The notes under the pieces: model-generated
What the model saw: the letters and a program-made list of their open reading frames with translations, nothing else
What the model was told of the DNA's origin: nothing
The model's database searches: none
Shown: positions 52,059 through 61,823 of the stretch, piece by piece
Layout of the letters: every line of letters begins with the position of its first letter
How positions within the stretch are numbered: the first letter of the stretch is position 1
From: a virus
Lineage: Duplodnaviria > Caudoviricetes
IMG/VR virus record: IMGVR_UViG_2595698914_000001
Location: 103,293-167,292 of that record
Reading direction: 5' to 3' (one strand)
DNA length: 64,000 nucleotides
Program-made: the position numbers and the translations under genes

Positions 52059-52151
52059 ATGAATCCTATAGAAAGGTTCTTTAATAGACATCCATTTATA
52101 GCGGGTGTTATCTTCTTCTTGATTATAATATTATCAGGAGCAGAGTGGTAA
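52059..52151 (+). CDS. 30-aa single-pass membrane peptide, absent from the ORF track
   Basis: MNPIERFFNRHPFIAGVIFFLIIILSGAEW; AAGGA RBS. Confidence 0.55.
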   Translation: MNPIERFFNRHPFIAGVIFFLIIILSGAEW

Positions 52152-52165
52152 AAAAATGCAGCAGC

Positions 52166-52200
52166 AAAAAGAGTAGCCCGAAGGCTACTCTTTTTTTTTT
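52166..52200. terminator. Bidirectional intrinsic terminator
   Basis: AAAAAGAGTAGCC-cgaa-GGCTACTCTTTTT between convergent genes. Confidence 0.85.
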
Positions 52201-52221
52201 ACTTTTTAAGTCAACTATTTA

Positions 52222-54330
52222 TTAAACAGTTTTCTTAGCAACTTTAGATGCAAGTAGCTCAGTTAAGCCATTCATCTTAAGTTTGTACACGATTGGTGCA
52301 TTTACAGTCAGTTCGTAAACTGGTTGTAATTGTAAGTGACGCTTAGCACCACCGTCTGCACTGATTTCAACATCGTATACTAATGAAGGGTTACGTAAAG
52401 TGTTACCCCATGCAAACGGGTCGAAAGAACCTTTGCTAGCATCGCTAGAAGTTGGAACCATGATTAAAGTATCATCTACTTCTTTAAGACCAGATGTTAC
52501 GATTTGTGGTTTATCTTCTAGGTCATCTGACATAGCGCCAAATGAACGATCGTCGCCTTCAGTGTATAGGTAACGACCAATAGCACGAGAAGTTAATACA
52601 GCGAATTCAGCTTTAGCTGATTTATCGTTAGTGTACATACGCTTAGATTCAACGTAAGCTGTTTCTGTAAGAGCTGTACAAGCATTATCAGCAAGACGCT
52701 GGATAAGTGCGCTAGCGATATCGTAGAAACGCTCAGAAGACTTTTCAGAATCGATAAAGTCAGCAGCATTTACTTCTTCAACTTTAACCCAAGGCTTAAC
52801 AAGGTAAGCAAGACCAGGCATTGAAGTACCGATAGGATTAACGTTGTGACCGCCTTCACCGTATGCAGCATGTAAATCATCGATAGTAGCCATAAGGTGC
52901 TTAACAGCAACTAGCTCACGGTCGATTACTTCAGTCGCAGTCATTGCGCTTAGTAGGTCACTTACATCAGACTCATCAAGTGCTTTATCAGCAGTGATTA
53001 CTGAACGAGCAGTAGTTGCGAATGTGAATGGGATTTCTTGGTCATCAACACGACGGCCTTGAAGACGTAATGTTTTGCTTGATAACGTAAGGTCGAAATC
53101 TTGACCAGCAAACTCAGGAACAATCGCAGCAAGCTCAGTTGAAACAGATGCATCTGATACGTAGTTAGTATCGTCGCCAGCTTTGTATAAACCAGAAACT
53201 GTTACAACAGGACTAGCTGTTTGAGTGATGTTACCGCTGTTTAAGTTAAGTTTAGTATTTAACGTATACTCAAGAGTTAAACGAGTGTAATCCATATCAG
53301 CAAGTGCTTTAAGTGCAACAACTGATTGTGCTTTAGTAGACGTTAAGTCAATTGGTAAAGCATCTGAATCGATTGTTGAAGACACATCGCTGCTATCGCC
53401 AGTGTTAGAACCGCGAAGGAATTGTGCTTGGTTAAACATTGAAAGCGGTACAGGGTAAAGTGCACGTTCATCATTACCACCAGCACCAGTTTTATCTTCA
53501 CCGATTTGGAAGTAAATTGTTTTAATACGACCACCGTCATCAATACGGTCATTGTATGTGCTACGGTCATTAGCTGACGCACCTGGTAAACGGCTAAGAG
53601 CTAAAAGGCTATCTTTTGTAGAGAACAGTTTAAGCGGAGCAGTTTTAAGGTCTGTATCTGGAATTGTTACAGGAGCAAGTAAAGCAGCATCAACAAACTT
53701 ATCTTCGTTATCACCAGTTACAACTACTGGACGAAGTACATTACCCTGGTTGTTAAGGATAGATGAATCACGGTAAGCGTCTAAGATATGACGACGTTTG
53801 AAATCAACCGCACCACCATTAGCAGTGATGTTAGGGTTAGTAACTAATGTGAAACGTTTAAGAGTTACTTCAACGCCACCGTAGTTAGCACCAACTTCGA
53901 TTACCGGGTAAAGAGTATCTACAAGGCTAGCTTGGTTAGCAACCATACCATTAGCGGCTACCATTGTTTCACGGTAAGCACCAAGATTAGTTTTAGAGAA
54001 AGCTTCAAGGCCAGGTACAGATTGGATACGCTTTGCAAGATTATCAGCATCGCCTAACATCATGAAAGTACGTGAAGCATTTTCAAGACCAACTTCGCCA
54101 ACATTTGGCATAGCTGAACGTAAAGTATTTTTAATTGTATCGAATTGATTACCAAGACTTACAGCAACTTCAGAAGTTACTTTGCCTTCAGATTCAATAC
54201 CAACGTATTGCGCCGAGATACCATTATCTACAAGACTAGCTTGGTTATCATTGATTGTTTGTGTTAGAAGACCAATATCAACACCAGTAGTTGATTTAGC
54301 CGCTTTACTCATTAGGTTAAATAATGCCAT
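52222..54330 (-). CDS. Major capsid protein (phiKZ gp120-like)
   Basis: 702 aa with strong codon bias; propeptide G-x-E sites (GIE, GLEN, GLEAF); LYPVI and TAPLK motifs; two genes from dnaB as in phiKZ. Confidence 0.8.
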   Translation of the reverse strand: MALFNLMSKAAKSTTGVDIGLLTQTINDNQASLVDNGISAQYVGIESEGKVTSEVAVSLGNQFDTIKNTLRSAMPNVGEVGLENASRTFMMLGDADNLAKRIQSVPGLEAFSKTNLGAYRETMVAANGMVANQASLVDTLYPVIEVGANYGGVEVTLKRFTLVTNPNITANGGAVDFKRRHILDAYRDSSILNNQGNVLRPVVVTGDNEDKFVDAALLAPVTIPDTDLKTAPLKLFSTKDSLLALSRLPGASANDRSTYNDRIDDGGRIKTIYFQIGEDKTGAGGNDERALYPVPLSMFNQAQFLRGSNTGDSSDVSSTIDSDALPIDLTSTKAQSVVALKALADMDYTRLTLEYTLNTKLNLNSGNITQTASPVVTVSGLYKAGDDTNYVSDASVSTELAAIVPEFAGQDFDLTLSSKTLRLQGRRVDDQEIPFTFATTARSVITADKALDESDVSDLLSAMTATEVIDRELVAVKHLMATIDDLHAAYGEGGHNVNPIGTSMPGLAYLVKPWVKVEEVNAADFIDSEKSSERFYDIASALIQRLADNACTALTETAYVESKRMYTNDKSAKAEFAVLTSRAIGRYLYTEGDDRSFGAMSDDLEDKPQIVTSGLKEVDDTLIMVPTSSDASKGSFDPFAWGNTLRNPSLVYDVEISADGGAKRHLQLQPVYELTVNAPIVYKLKMNGLTELLASKVAKKTV

Positions 54331-54369
54331 TAGCTTATTCCTATTTATATAAAAACGTTTTTTAAAAAA

Positions 54370-54951
54370 TTATATTAAATCAAGGTAGTACTGATAAATG
54401 TCTTCATCTATCAATTCCTTGTCATTTAATTCCAAAGATAAGTCGGATAGCAAACCCTCCATATCTTTTAAATGTTTACCCAATCGTACGTACGGTGAGT
54501 CTACCTCGCATAAAGGTTGGAAAACCACTCCATATATTTTAGGTTCGATTCGATAAACGGTAAAACCTAGATGGTAAAGATGTAACATCTTCTCAAGAGA
54601 AGGTGTCATGTTTTCATTACCTACATCAGTTAGTGCATTAAGTGTAGAACCAACTGAATAGACCGGCACGTTAGATTTATACCCTACACCAAATTCGTTG
54701 TTAGCTACATATGCTTTGAATATATCTAGTCTAAAAACGTTCAATGCTTTATCCATAGGACGAGTTTCAGTTACCGGAACAGCAGTAGTATCATCATGAT
54801 ATTCGTTAAGGTATAAGATTTTATTTACACTAAGCTCACTTAATATAGTGGAAAGTTTTTCGATGTCATTCAAATCACTCGGAGCTATAGTCTTTTCTTC
54901 TAAAAGACCACCGACGAATGACGGGAATAAAATCAATTTAATATTTTGCAT
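54370..54951 (-). CDS. Hypothetical protein upstream of the capsid gene (phiKZ gp119-like position)
   Basis: Probable start MQNIKL at 54951 avoids overlap with dnaB; synteny. Confidence 0.55.
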   Translation of the reverse strand: MQNIKLILFPSFVGGLLEEKTIAPSDLNDIEKLSTILSELSVNKILYLNEYHDDTTAVPVTETRPMDKALNVFRLDIFKAYVANNEFGVGYKSNVPVYSVGSTLNALTDVGNENMTPSLEKMLHLYHLGFTVYRIEPKIYGVVFQPLCEVDSPYVRLGKHLKDMEGLLSDLSLELNDKELIDEDIYQYYLDLI

Positions 54952-54967
54952 ATAAGGCCCCGAAGTT

Positions 54968-56518
54968 ATGAAGGAACGTATCGTATTAATAAACATACTC
55001 CTTGCTTTAATAAACCAGAGCTACGGTAGTAATAAGAATCAGACGTTAATGTCTACTATCGATGAAGCACTTCCTTTAATTAGAACACCATCAATTACCT
55101 CAGGTGGTAATGATGAAGCTAGCTTATTAATATCTCTTAAAGAACTAATATTAGAATTAAAACAAATAGGTACAAAAGACCCTTACGACGTTAGACATGT
55201 AATGGCAAGATTACGCATTATGGGTATCTACTTTAAAGATGTAGTTAATCTTTTAGAAGATAACCTAAATAGCATGGAAACTAAATCTGAAGAGTTAGCT
55301 AACCGAGATTACTATAGTTATCATAGTCAGGTTAATAACTTCGTACGTGAAGCACGTTTCCAAAAGGTAATGCAGGAATACAGTTTTAAATTAAGAGAAG
55401 ACCCAGACCTATTAAAAGACCGTGAAAGTTTTGTACGTAAATTAAATGAAGAACTAACACCGTACGTTAGTGCAGGTAGTGGTTTTAAGTATACAGATAT
55501 ACCTGGTATTCAATCAGCTACCGATGTGGGCGATTCAGAAGAACTAGAACGTATCTATGAAGAAACGCAAGACCTTTATAGCGACTTAGGTGTTCTTAAG
55601 TTTGACTTACAAGGATGGAATGATTTATTTGGTCCATCTAAAGGTATACTACGTGGTGAGTTTGGTGAGATACAAGCTCTATCGGGTATGGGTAAGTCTG
55701 AGACAATGCGTAAGATGTTAACTGGTATTGCAGTTAGTAATGATCCGCATATGTTAAATCCGGATAAGAAACCTCTTATTGTTTATCTAACGTTTGAGGA
55801 TACTCAGCGTGAAGTATATGAAAAGATGTTTGTTCAGTTATATAGAGAGCAGTACGATACTCTGACTGAAATAAATGACTTATCTACTAATGAGATTGTT
55901 AAGTACGTACAAGAACGCTTACAGTCTAAAGGTTATCACTTTAAAGTTATTTACGGTGAGAAGTATGCTAGTTCTCCTTATGATGTAGTTAATCTTTTAG
56001 AGGCTCTACAGCAAGATGGTTATGAGATTCATGCATTTGGTCTTGATTATATGTTACTTCTTAATATGAATAATGTTCCGGGTATGATGGATACTTATAA
56101 AGTTAAGAACGGTTACGGTATCATTGGGGCTTATACTAAGTCTCGTGGTATTACATGTATCACTGCTGCTCAGATAGATGATAGTGCTAAGTACTTAGTT
56201 ACTGAGTCTGAAGAATTTGCTAGGGATGCCGTTAATAGAAATATGTCAGCGGGTAGTAAGTACATTATACACGAATTAGACTTTAGATTGTTTGCTCATG
56301 TAGAAGAAGCAGGTGACGGTTACTTCCACCAGCTAGCTAAAGGTAAACATCGCCTCGGGAAAGGAACGCCGTCTAGAGATAAGTATGCAGTATATAAAAT
56401 GCATAGTGTTAATGGTACGCCGGGTGGTTTTATTAAGTCTGACTTAGATGGTAAGTCTCAGGTTAGAAATGATACAGGTGGTAATCTACGTGCAGACGGT
56501 GGTGGCTTAAGCTTCTAA
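54968..56518 (+). CDS. dnaB: DnaB-like replicative helicase (phiKZ gp118-like)
   Basis: RGE, ALSGMGKS (Walker A), TFE, GLDY, TAAQ and GKHR motifs. Confidence 0.88.
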   Translation: MKERIVLINILLALINQSYGSNKNQTLMSTIDEALPLIRTPSITSGGNDEASLLISLKELILELKQIGTKDPYDVRHVMARLRIMGIYFKDVVNLLEDNLNSMETKSEELANRDYYSYHSQVNNFVREARFQKVMQEYSFKLREDPDLLKDRESFVRKLNEELTPYVSAGSGFKYTDIPGIQSATDVGDSEELERIYEETQDLYSDLGVLKFDLQGWNDLFGPSKGILRGEFGEIQALSGMGKSETMRKMLTGIAVSNDPHMLNPDKKPLIVYLTFEDTQREVYEKMFVQLYREQYDTLTEINDLSTNEIVKYVQERLQSKGYHFKVIYGEKYASSPYDVVNLLEALQQDGYEIHAFGLDYMLLLNMNNVPGMMDTYKVKNGYGIIGAYTKSRGITCITAAQIDDSAKYLVTESEEFARDAVNRNMSAGSKYIIHELDFRLFAHVEEAGDGYFHQLAKGKHRLGKGTPSRDKYAVYKMHSVNGTPGGFIKSDLDGKSQVRNDTGGNLRADGGGLSF

Positions 56519-56543
56519 TAAGAGAAGCATTAATATAGGAATA

Positions 56544-57425
56544 ATGGAAATGTTTAATCTAATTAAAAAAATAATACTAGGACGTTATCACGAAGATAAC
56601 TTTTCAGTATATGCTGAAGTTAGTTCTCTACGAGATATAAATCCCAAATTACATATCTGTGTAAAGTACAAGAAATCTATTTATCCAGATATACGTTTCT
56701 CGTGGAATATAAATAGTAATCAAGTTACAACTACTAATCGTGAGGCCGGTTACGTTCCTTTAACTGTAATCAACAAAGCCTTAGATTACCTATACGGTTA
56801 CTTCTCATTAAATAACGAAATACTACCGACGGTTATTGTATCACCGTACGATACCGTCATGATGGGTATGCTAACTATGCGTGGTACACAGCTAACGGTT
56901 GATAATGAAGCAGGTAGATACTTTATACTACACGGTTCGTCTATTGATATAGATAGATACTCTGAAGTTTATGAAGTGTTACCGTCTAGATACGTAGCAG
57001 TTGGACTATTTAAACTATACGCGGTTTCTGTAGATGAGATTGATAATTATGTGTTACCTATCCGACGTTACGGTAGTGATAACTTACGTGGTGTTAAGTT
57101 ATTTCCTAAACCAGAACTTGCAGTGTTGGACTTTGTAGCCAATCAGGACGCTGCGGGTTGTGGTGACGTTCATTCCCTACGTCTTTATGAAGTTAACGTA
57201 AGAGACGTTAAGTCCTTAGTTGGACCCTTTACTCTTACTAAGCAACAGAAGCTATACGATGCACATATAACACGAGCGCACTTAAGTTCACATGAAGTTC
57301 CTTGTAAACCACTTCCACCATTAATAGTTATAGATGATGGTAAATCTGACTTAATGATTAGAGCTTACGATAACACCATCACAATTAAACATTCAAATAC
57401 ACCGATATCTATAATCGGATTATAA
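56544..57425 (+). CDS. Hypothetical protein
   Basis: 293 aa ORF with AGGA RBS. Confidence 0.6.
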   Translation: MEMFNLIKKIILGRYHEDNFSVYAEVSSLRDINPKLHICVKYKKSIYPDIRFSWNINSNQVTTTNREAGYVPLTVINKALDYLYGYFSLNNEILPTVIVSPYDTVMMGMLTMRGTQLTVDNEAGRYFILHGSSIDIDRYSEVYEVLPSRYVAVGLFKLYAVSVDEIDNYVLPIRRYGSDNLRGVKLFPKPELAVLDFVANQDAAGCGDVHSLRLYEVNVRDVKSLVGPFTLTKQQKLYDAHITRAHLSSHEVPCKPLPPLIVIDDGKSDLMIRAYDNTITIKHSNTPISIIGL

Positions 57426-57445
57426 AACAAAGAGAGATAAACCAA

Positions 57446-57997
57446 ATGATTGAATTGAATACTAACCTAGATAAAAACAATGCACCCACAATCATCTTTA
57501 ATTCTGAGTTATTGTTTGATACTGAAAGTTATATTATTAATCGTCTAGGGGAGATTGATAAGAAGGGTCTAGTTAAGGACATAATTAATCAACGTACCTT
57601 AATTAACTCTAAGTTTCCCAACATGACGAAGGAGATGGATATATCATCTGACTTCTTTGAACTTAAACGTTTATTTGAAGAGCTACTTGATAAAGGTTAC
57701 AATGTAGTTATTCTCAATATAGTACCTAATCATAATAACATAGCGTTAGGACTCACTCAGCGCGACGACAGACTTAAATATTTCCTAGGTAAGGATTTGT
57801 GTAAACGTTGTAATGTAATCGCTCTTGACCATCCACAGTACGCTACACGTTACAGTAACGATACAACTTTTGCTATTACTGATGGTGAGTCAGACTACTG
57901 CTTATCTTTAGACGGTAAAATAGTCGAATTTTCATGGGTAAGTAATCTTATTCCGGAAATTAATTCTTTCTTAGAGCGAATCCAATCTAATGGCTAA
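57446..57997 (+). CDS. Hypothetical protein, possible degenerate HAD fold
   Basis: TIIFNSELLFDT resembles HAD motif I without the aspartates; GYNVVIL and AITD follow. Confidence 0.4.
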   Translation: MIELNTNLDKNNAPTIIFNSELLFDTESYIINRLGEIDKKGLVKDIINQRTLINSKFPNMTKEMDISSDFFELKRLFEELLDKGYNVVILNIVPNHNNIALGLTQRDDRLKYFLGKDLCKRCNVIALDHPQYATRYSNDTTFAITDGESDYCLSLDGKIVEFSWVSNLIPEINSFLERIQSNG

Positions 57998-58601
57998 ACT
58001 AGCACTGGATATTTTAAAGAACACTATCCCACAATCGAACTGTAAAATTAAAGAAGTTTGGATGGATGCAGATGGTTGTCTCGTAGATTGGGAAGGGTAC
58101 GTTGCTAAGCGTTTACACTTGTTCTCTGATATCTTTCATATAAAAGACTTTAGAGCAAATATACCTATCTTGAATTCTATGGATAAGGTTGAGCGTGAAG
58201 TACTAATTAAGAAATATTACCGACGGTTTCCCGATACGTTTCTTAATTTAGATATAACTACTGAATGCTTTCATCTAATAGAAATTATGAAGTATTTAGA
58301 TTCTAAAGATATACCAGTTAAAATACTAACGTCTTTAGATAACAAACACCATGATTTGGATACAGCTAAGACGCATAAGTTACTGAACTTAACCGGCCAC
58401 CTTAATCAGTTTGGTGTTAACTATGATATAGAAGTAGTTACTACGCACAGCGATAAGACCCAGTATGCTAAACATGGTGGATTACTTATTGATGATTACC
58501 ATCGTAATGTATCTACATTTATAGATAAAGGTGGTATGGGCATATGTCATAAAGACCCCAACAAAACTATAATGGAATTAGTAGACCTTTTAAAGGCATA
58601 A
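57990..58601 (+). CDS. HAD-family 5'(3')-deoxyribonucleotidase-like protein
   Basis: WMDADGCLVDW, ILTS, conserved K and LLIDD motifs. Confidence 0.8.
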   Translation: MAKLALDILKNTIPQSNCKIKEVWMDADGCLVDWEGYVAKRLHLFSDIFHIKDFRANIPILNSMDKVEREVLIKKYYRRFPDTFLNLDITTECFHLIEIMKYLDSKDIPVKILTSLDNKHHDLDTAKTHKLLNLTGHLNQFGVNYDIEVVTTHSDKTQYAKHGGLLIDDYHRNVSTFIDKGGMGICHKDPNKTIMELVDLLKA

Positions 58602-58636
58602 GTTAGGTAGGGCGAACGCCCTACCTATAAACCGTA

Positions 58637-59716
58637 TTAAATATTTGGCGCTGTACACTCTACACTAAATGCTGCTTTATCACCAGTTATCTCACCGACA
58701 GTTAATATATCAGAATTTAATTCTGGTGTAGTTAATGATGTACTAACGAACATAGTCCCATCTACTGTAGCTGTATAACCGCCACCTTCTCCTCTTGGAG
58801 GAGCACCAACTGAGACTCCAGGAGCAATTGCTAAACTACTAGCATTAACTGCTCCTGTGAAGTTACTTACTGGACTATCGACGTCAAAACTACTACCAGT
58901 TTTAGAAACTATACTTTCAGCCACTTCCATACCTATACCTTTGGCCTTGGTAAATTCATTATCTGTTATTTCTCTAGTACTAGATTTCTTAACAGTTAAC
59001 TTATCATGACCTGTAATCTCAACGGTATTATCTCCGCCTACAATAACAGTTCTATTACCATCACACTTTTCAAGTATATCCTTCTTATCCATACGGTATT
59101 GAGTTTTATCTTTATTCATAAATTCAATAACAGTATTAAGACTATCCATCAATGTATAGTTACCTACATCATCACTCATCTTATGGAAACCATCTTTAGT
59201 ATTTAATACTATTTCATATTCAAATGGTTCACCGTCATTCTTATTAGTCTTTATACGTATCTTCTTATTAACGGTATCAAATTCAAATATATAACAATTT
59301 GTAAAGTCTAATTTCTTATTAGCTCTATCTTCGTTGTTAGTATTACTAAATGCAAAGATAACATGTTCTTGAGTTCTTAGATGATTATCTATACCGATAG
59401 TTTCCCAATAAAAGTCCTCACTATCCGCATTTTGCCATATCTGAATTCTTTCGCCTTTTCGTACATCAGGTGCTGTAATTCGATTAGTATTTCTATTCAG
59501 CCAACTACAGGTAAGGTAATCTGTAAATATAGCTTTACTCTCCACTGTACCCTTAGGTGTTTCCACTTCCACTTTTAGTAATTCTAAGGATGTGTCAATT
59601 TCACCCGTGGCACTTGGATTAGACTCTAATGGTTTAACGTGTAATACATTAGAACCGTACTCTATATCTGCTACCGCAACCCCAGTATATACCGGTCTTA
59701 AAATATGATTATTCAT
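58637..59716 (-). CDS. Baseplate central spike-like protein (gp5/gpV type)
   Basis: OB-fold-like APDVRKGERI and 8-residue beta-helix repeats GNRTVIVG/GDNTVEIT/GHDKLTVK. Confidence 0.65.
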   Translation of the reverse strand: MNNHILRPVYTGVAVADIEYGSNVLHVKPLESNPSATGEIDTSLELLKVEVETPKGTVESKAIFTDYLTCSWLNRNTNRITAPDVRKGERIQIWQNADSEDFYWETIGIDNHLRTQEHVIFAFSNTNNEDRANKKLDFTNCYIFEFDTVNKKIRIKTNKNDGEPFEYEIVLNTKDGFHKMSDDVGNYTLMDSLNTVIEFMNKDKTQYRMDKKDILEKCDGNRTVIVGGDNTVEITGHDKLTVKKSSTREITDNEFTKAKGIGMEVAESIVSKTGSSFDVDSPVSNFTGAVNASSLAIAPGVSVGAPPRGEGGGYTATVDGTMFVSTSLTTPELNSDILTVGEITGDKAAFSVECTAPNI

Positions 59717-59868
59717 TATAAAATCCTAGTAGATTTCCTTCACTATATAATTTGCACGGAAAAGAAGACGACCGAAGCCGTCTTAAAAAGAAGGAAACCC
59801 ATTATGGACGACACGACAAAAAATGAAACAAAAAATCGTGATAACCCATATATATTATAATATTACAA

Positions 59869-61173
59869 CTAGATAACGTTTTTATCTAAGAATAAATGAA
59901 GTATAGCATTACCTGTATGTGTTGGGTTTGTGGCTTCATTCTCACCTATAGATGATTGGTAATCCATTCCTATAACGATTCCCTTTAGACTATGAGTAGT
60001 ATCACCTGTCTTATATAGAACAGTAACTTCCATATTAGGATATATAAGAGAAGGATTAGCATTTTCCCATGTGAATGATGCACGAATACCACGATTACTA
60101 TTAACTCGACTTATCTCATAGAATGGATTATTAGTTATTAACTTATAAGACTTAACATTATTAAGTACTTCATTATTGATTCCGTGAGTACGTAAACCAG
60201 AACCCGTTACAGTGGTGACGCCAGAATCATGAGTTACACCATCTCTTAGAAAGTTAGGTATATTAAATTTAACACCGTTACCTAAGTTATAAGTTAATTT
60301 ATCCGTAGTATCTTCCATCTCAACTTTACCAGATGAGATAATAGATAACTTACCGGGTTCAACAGAATAAGTATTATCTATTCCCATTAACTGAGTTGGA
60401 CCTACACTACATAATACTAACTTACGTCGTTTGGGGTCTCTATCTACTTTAAATAAAGGATAAACATATACCCATCCATTATAGCAGTAAAAACCGATGT
60501 TGTGATTATAAACACCACCACCGTATTTCTGCAACCAACTAGGAAAGTCTGCTATAGCTATACTTTCTTGACCGCCTACAACTAACTGAGTAATGTTATT
60601 AATTTTGTCTGGAGGATATACATCAACAGAATATTCTCCTCTATCAGACATCACAACATTAAGTAAGTCTAGTACCTTAGTATCTCTAATAATACCCGTT
60701 ATATCTTTGAGTCTTAATTTCTCAAGATTTAAATCCATTAACTGAATAGTAACGTCTTTAATTTCCTGAGACTTTTCAGAATCGCTAGTAGCAGTAGTAT
60801 CTCCATAAACTAAACCGTCATCTACAGCATCTGTTAATTTAACCCTATACCGACTAACTGCTTTATCTCCACCAGCTATACCTGTTTTATCGTGGACTGA
60901 TTCTACGGTTAAGGTAGCTGTTAAGTCTTCTCGGTTAGGGTAGATAAGTGCATCATATTCGAGACGATTAATACTAACCGCCAGAATCATATAGTCACCG
61001 TATCTACTAACGAAGTCTCTAGTAATATCTAATGTATGAACTTTTAAGACACTAACAGTTGAATCATTAGCGATTATGTCTAAACTATATTTAAACCTCG
61101 TATCGCTTGTTGTAGAGCGTTTATTTATAATCCCGACTATATCTTCTAGAAGTTCTGAGTTTTCAATACCCAT
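59869..61173 (-). CDS. Virion structural protein, possibly baseplate hub
   Basis: 434 aa; YGGGVYN and WENANPSLIYP motifs; adjacent to the spike gene. Confidence 0.5.
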   Translation of the reverse strand: MGIENSELLEDIVGIINKRSTTSDTRFKYSLDIIANDSTVSVLKVHTLDITRDFVSRYGDYMILAVSINRLEYDALIYPNREDLTATLTVESVHDKTGIAGGDKAVSRYRVKLTDAVDDGLVYGDTTATSDSEKSQEIKDVTIQLMDLNLEKLRLKDITGIIRDTKVLDLLNVVMSDRGEYSVDVYPPDKINNITQLVVGGQESIAIADFPSWLQKYGGGVYNHNIGFYCYNGWVYVYPLFKVDRDPKRRKLVLCSVGPTQLMGIDNTYSVEPGKLSIISSGKVEMEDTTDKLTYNLGNGVKFNIPNFLRDGVTHDSGVTTVTGSGLRTHGINNEVLNNVKSYKLITNNPFYEISRVNSNRGIRASFTWENANPSLIYPNMEVTVLYKTGDTTHSLKGIVIGMDYQSSIGENEATNPTHTGNAILHLFLDKNVI

Positions 61174-61188
61174 AGTTTACTCCTTAGT

Positions 61189-61809
61189 TTAGATTTTAAA
61201 TCTATCAACACGATTAGGAGCACGGTTACGACTCTTTATTACTTCACTAAATGGTGACTGATACCCGCTATCTTCATACTCAACTTCGTCAGGAACGACA
61301 TGAGTCTTATCTTCTTTACCCGATAACATAAGGTCAAATATAGAAGTGTATTTAGCAGAAGGTTCTTTAGGTGCATTCATCAAGTCAACACGGTCTTGTA
61401 TACTAATTAACGCTAACATCATATTAGCTAAACGAGTTAAGTCTGTGAAGTCATCTACCATAAAGTCTTTAATACCACCTATACGTTTACCTACCAAACG
61501 AGCTTGTGCCTGTAAGAAGGTATCTATAATTGTGTATATTAATTTAGCGTCGGTAATCTTTTCCAAATCAAAACCAACATCCCGCCTAATGGTTTCTATC
61601 ATATCTGCAATATTACGATACAGTACTGTACCTTCAGTTAAGACTTCTTCACTATCTATACCTCTAGGTAACACCGTTCTTTTACGTTTTAATTCCTCAG
61701 GTGTAAGTAACTCATACTCACGACCTAAGATACCAAACAATGGTTCTTTTAATAATAGATAAGTACTCTCATCTTTTACTTTGCGAATAGACGCTACGGT
61801 CATAGCCAT
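61189..61809 (-). CDS. Hypothetical protein in a structural operon
   Basis: GAAGGAAG RBS; 206 aa. Confidence 0.6.
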   Translation of the reverse strand: MAMTVASIRKVKDESTYLLLKEPLFGILGREYELLTPEELKRKRTVLPRGIDSEEVLTEGTVLYRNIADMIETIRRDVGFDLEKITDAKLIYTIIDTFLQAQARLVGKRIGGIKDFMVDDFTDLTRLANMMLALISIQDRVDLMNAPKEPSAKYTSIFDLMLSGKEDKTHVVPDEVEYEDSGYQSPFSEVIKSRNRAPNRVDRFKI

Positions 61810-61823
61810 AATGGACTTCCTTC

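Noticed and set aside
61346-61762. 138-aa plus-strand ORF and the many other short antisense or alternate-frame ORFs in the track
   Set aside because: They lie within longer genes that have RBS and coherent motifs, so they are most likely shadow ORFs
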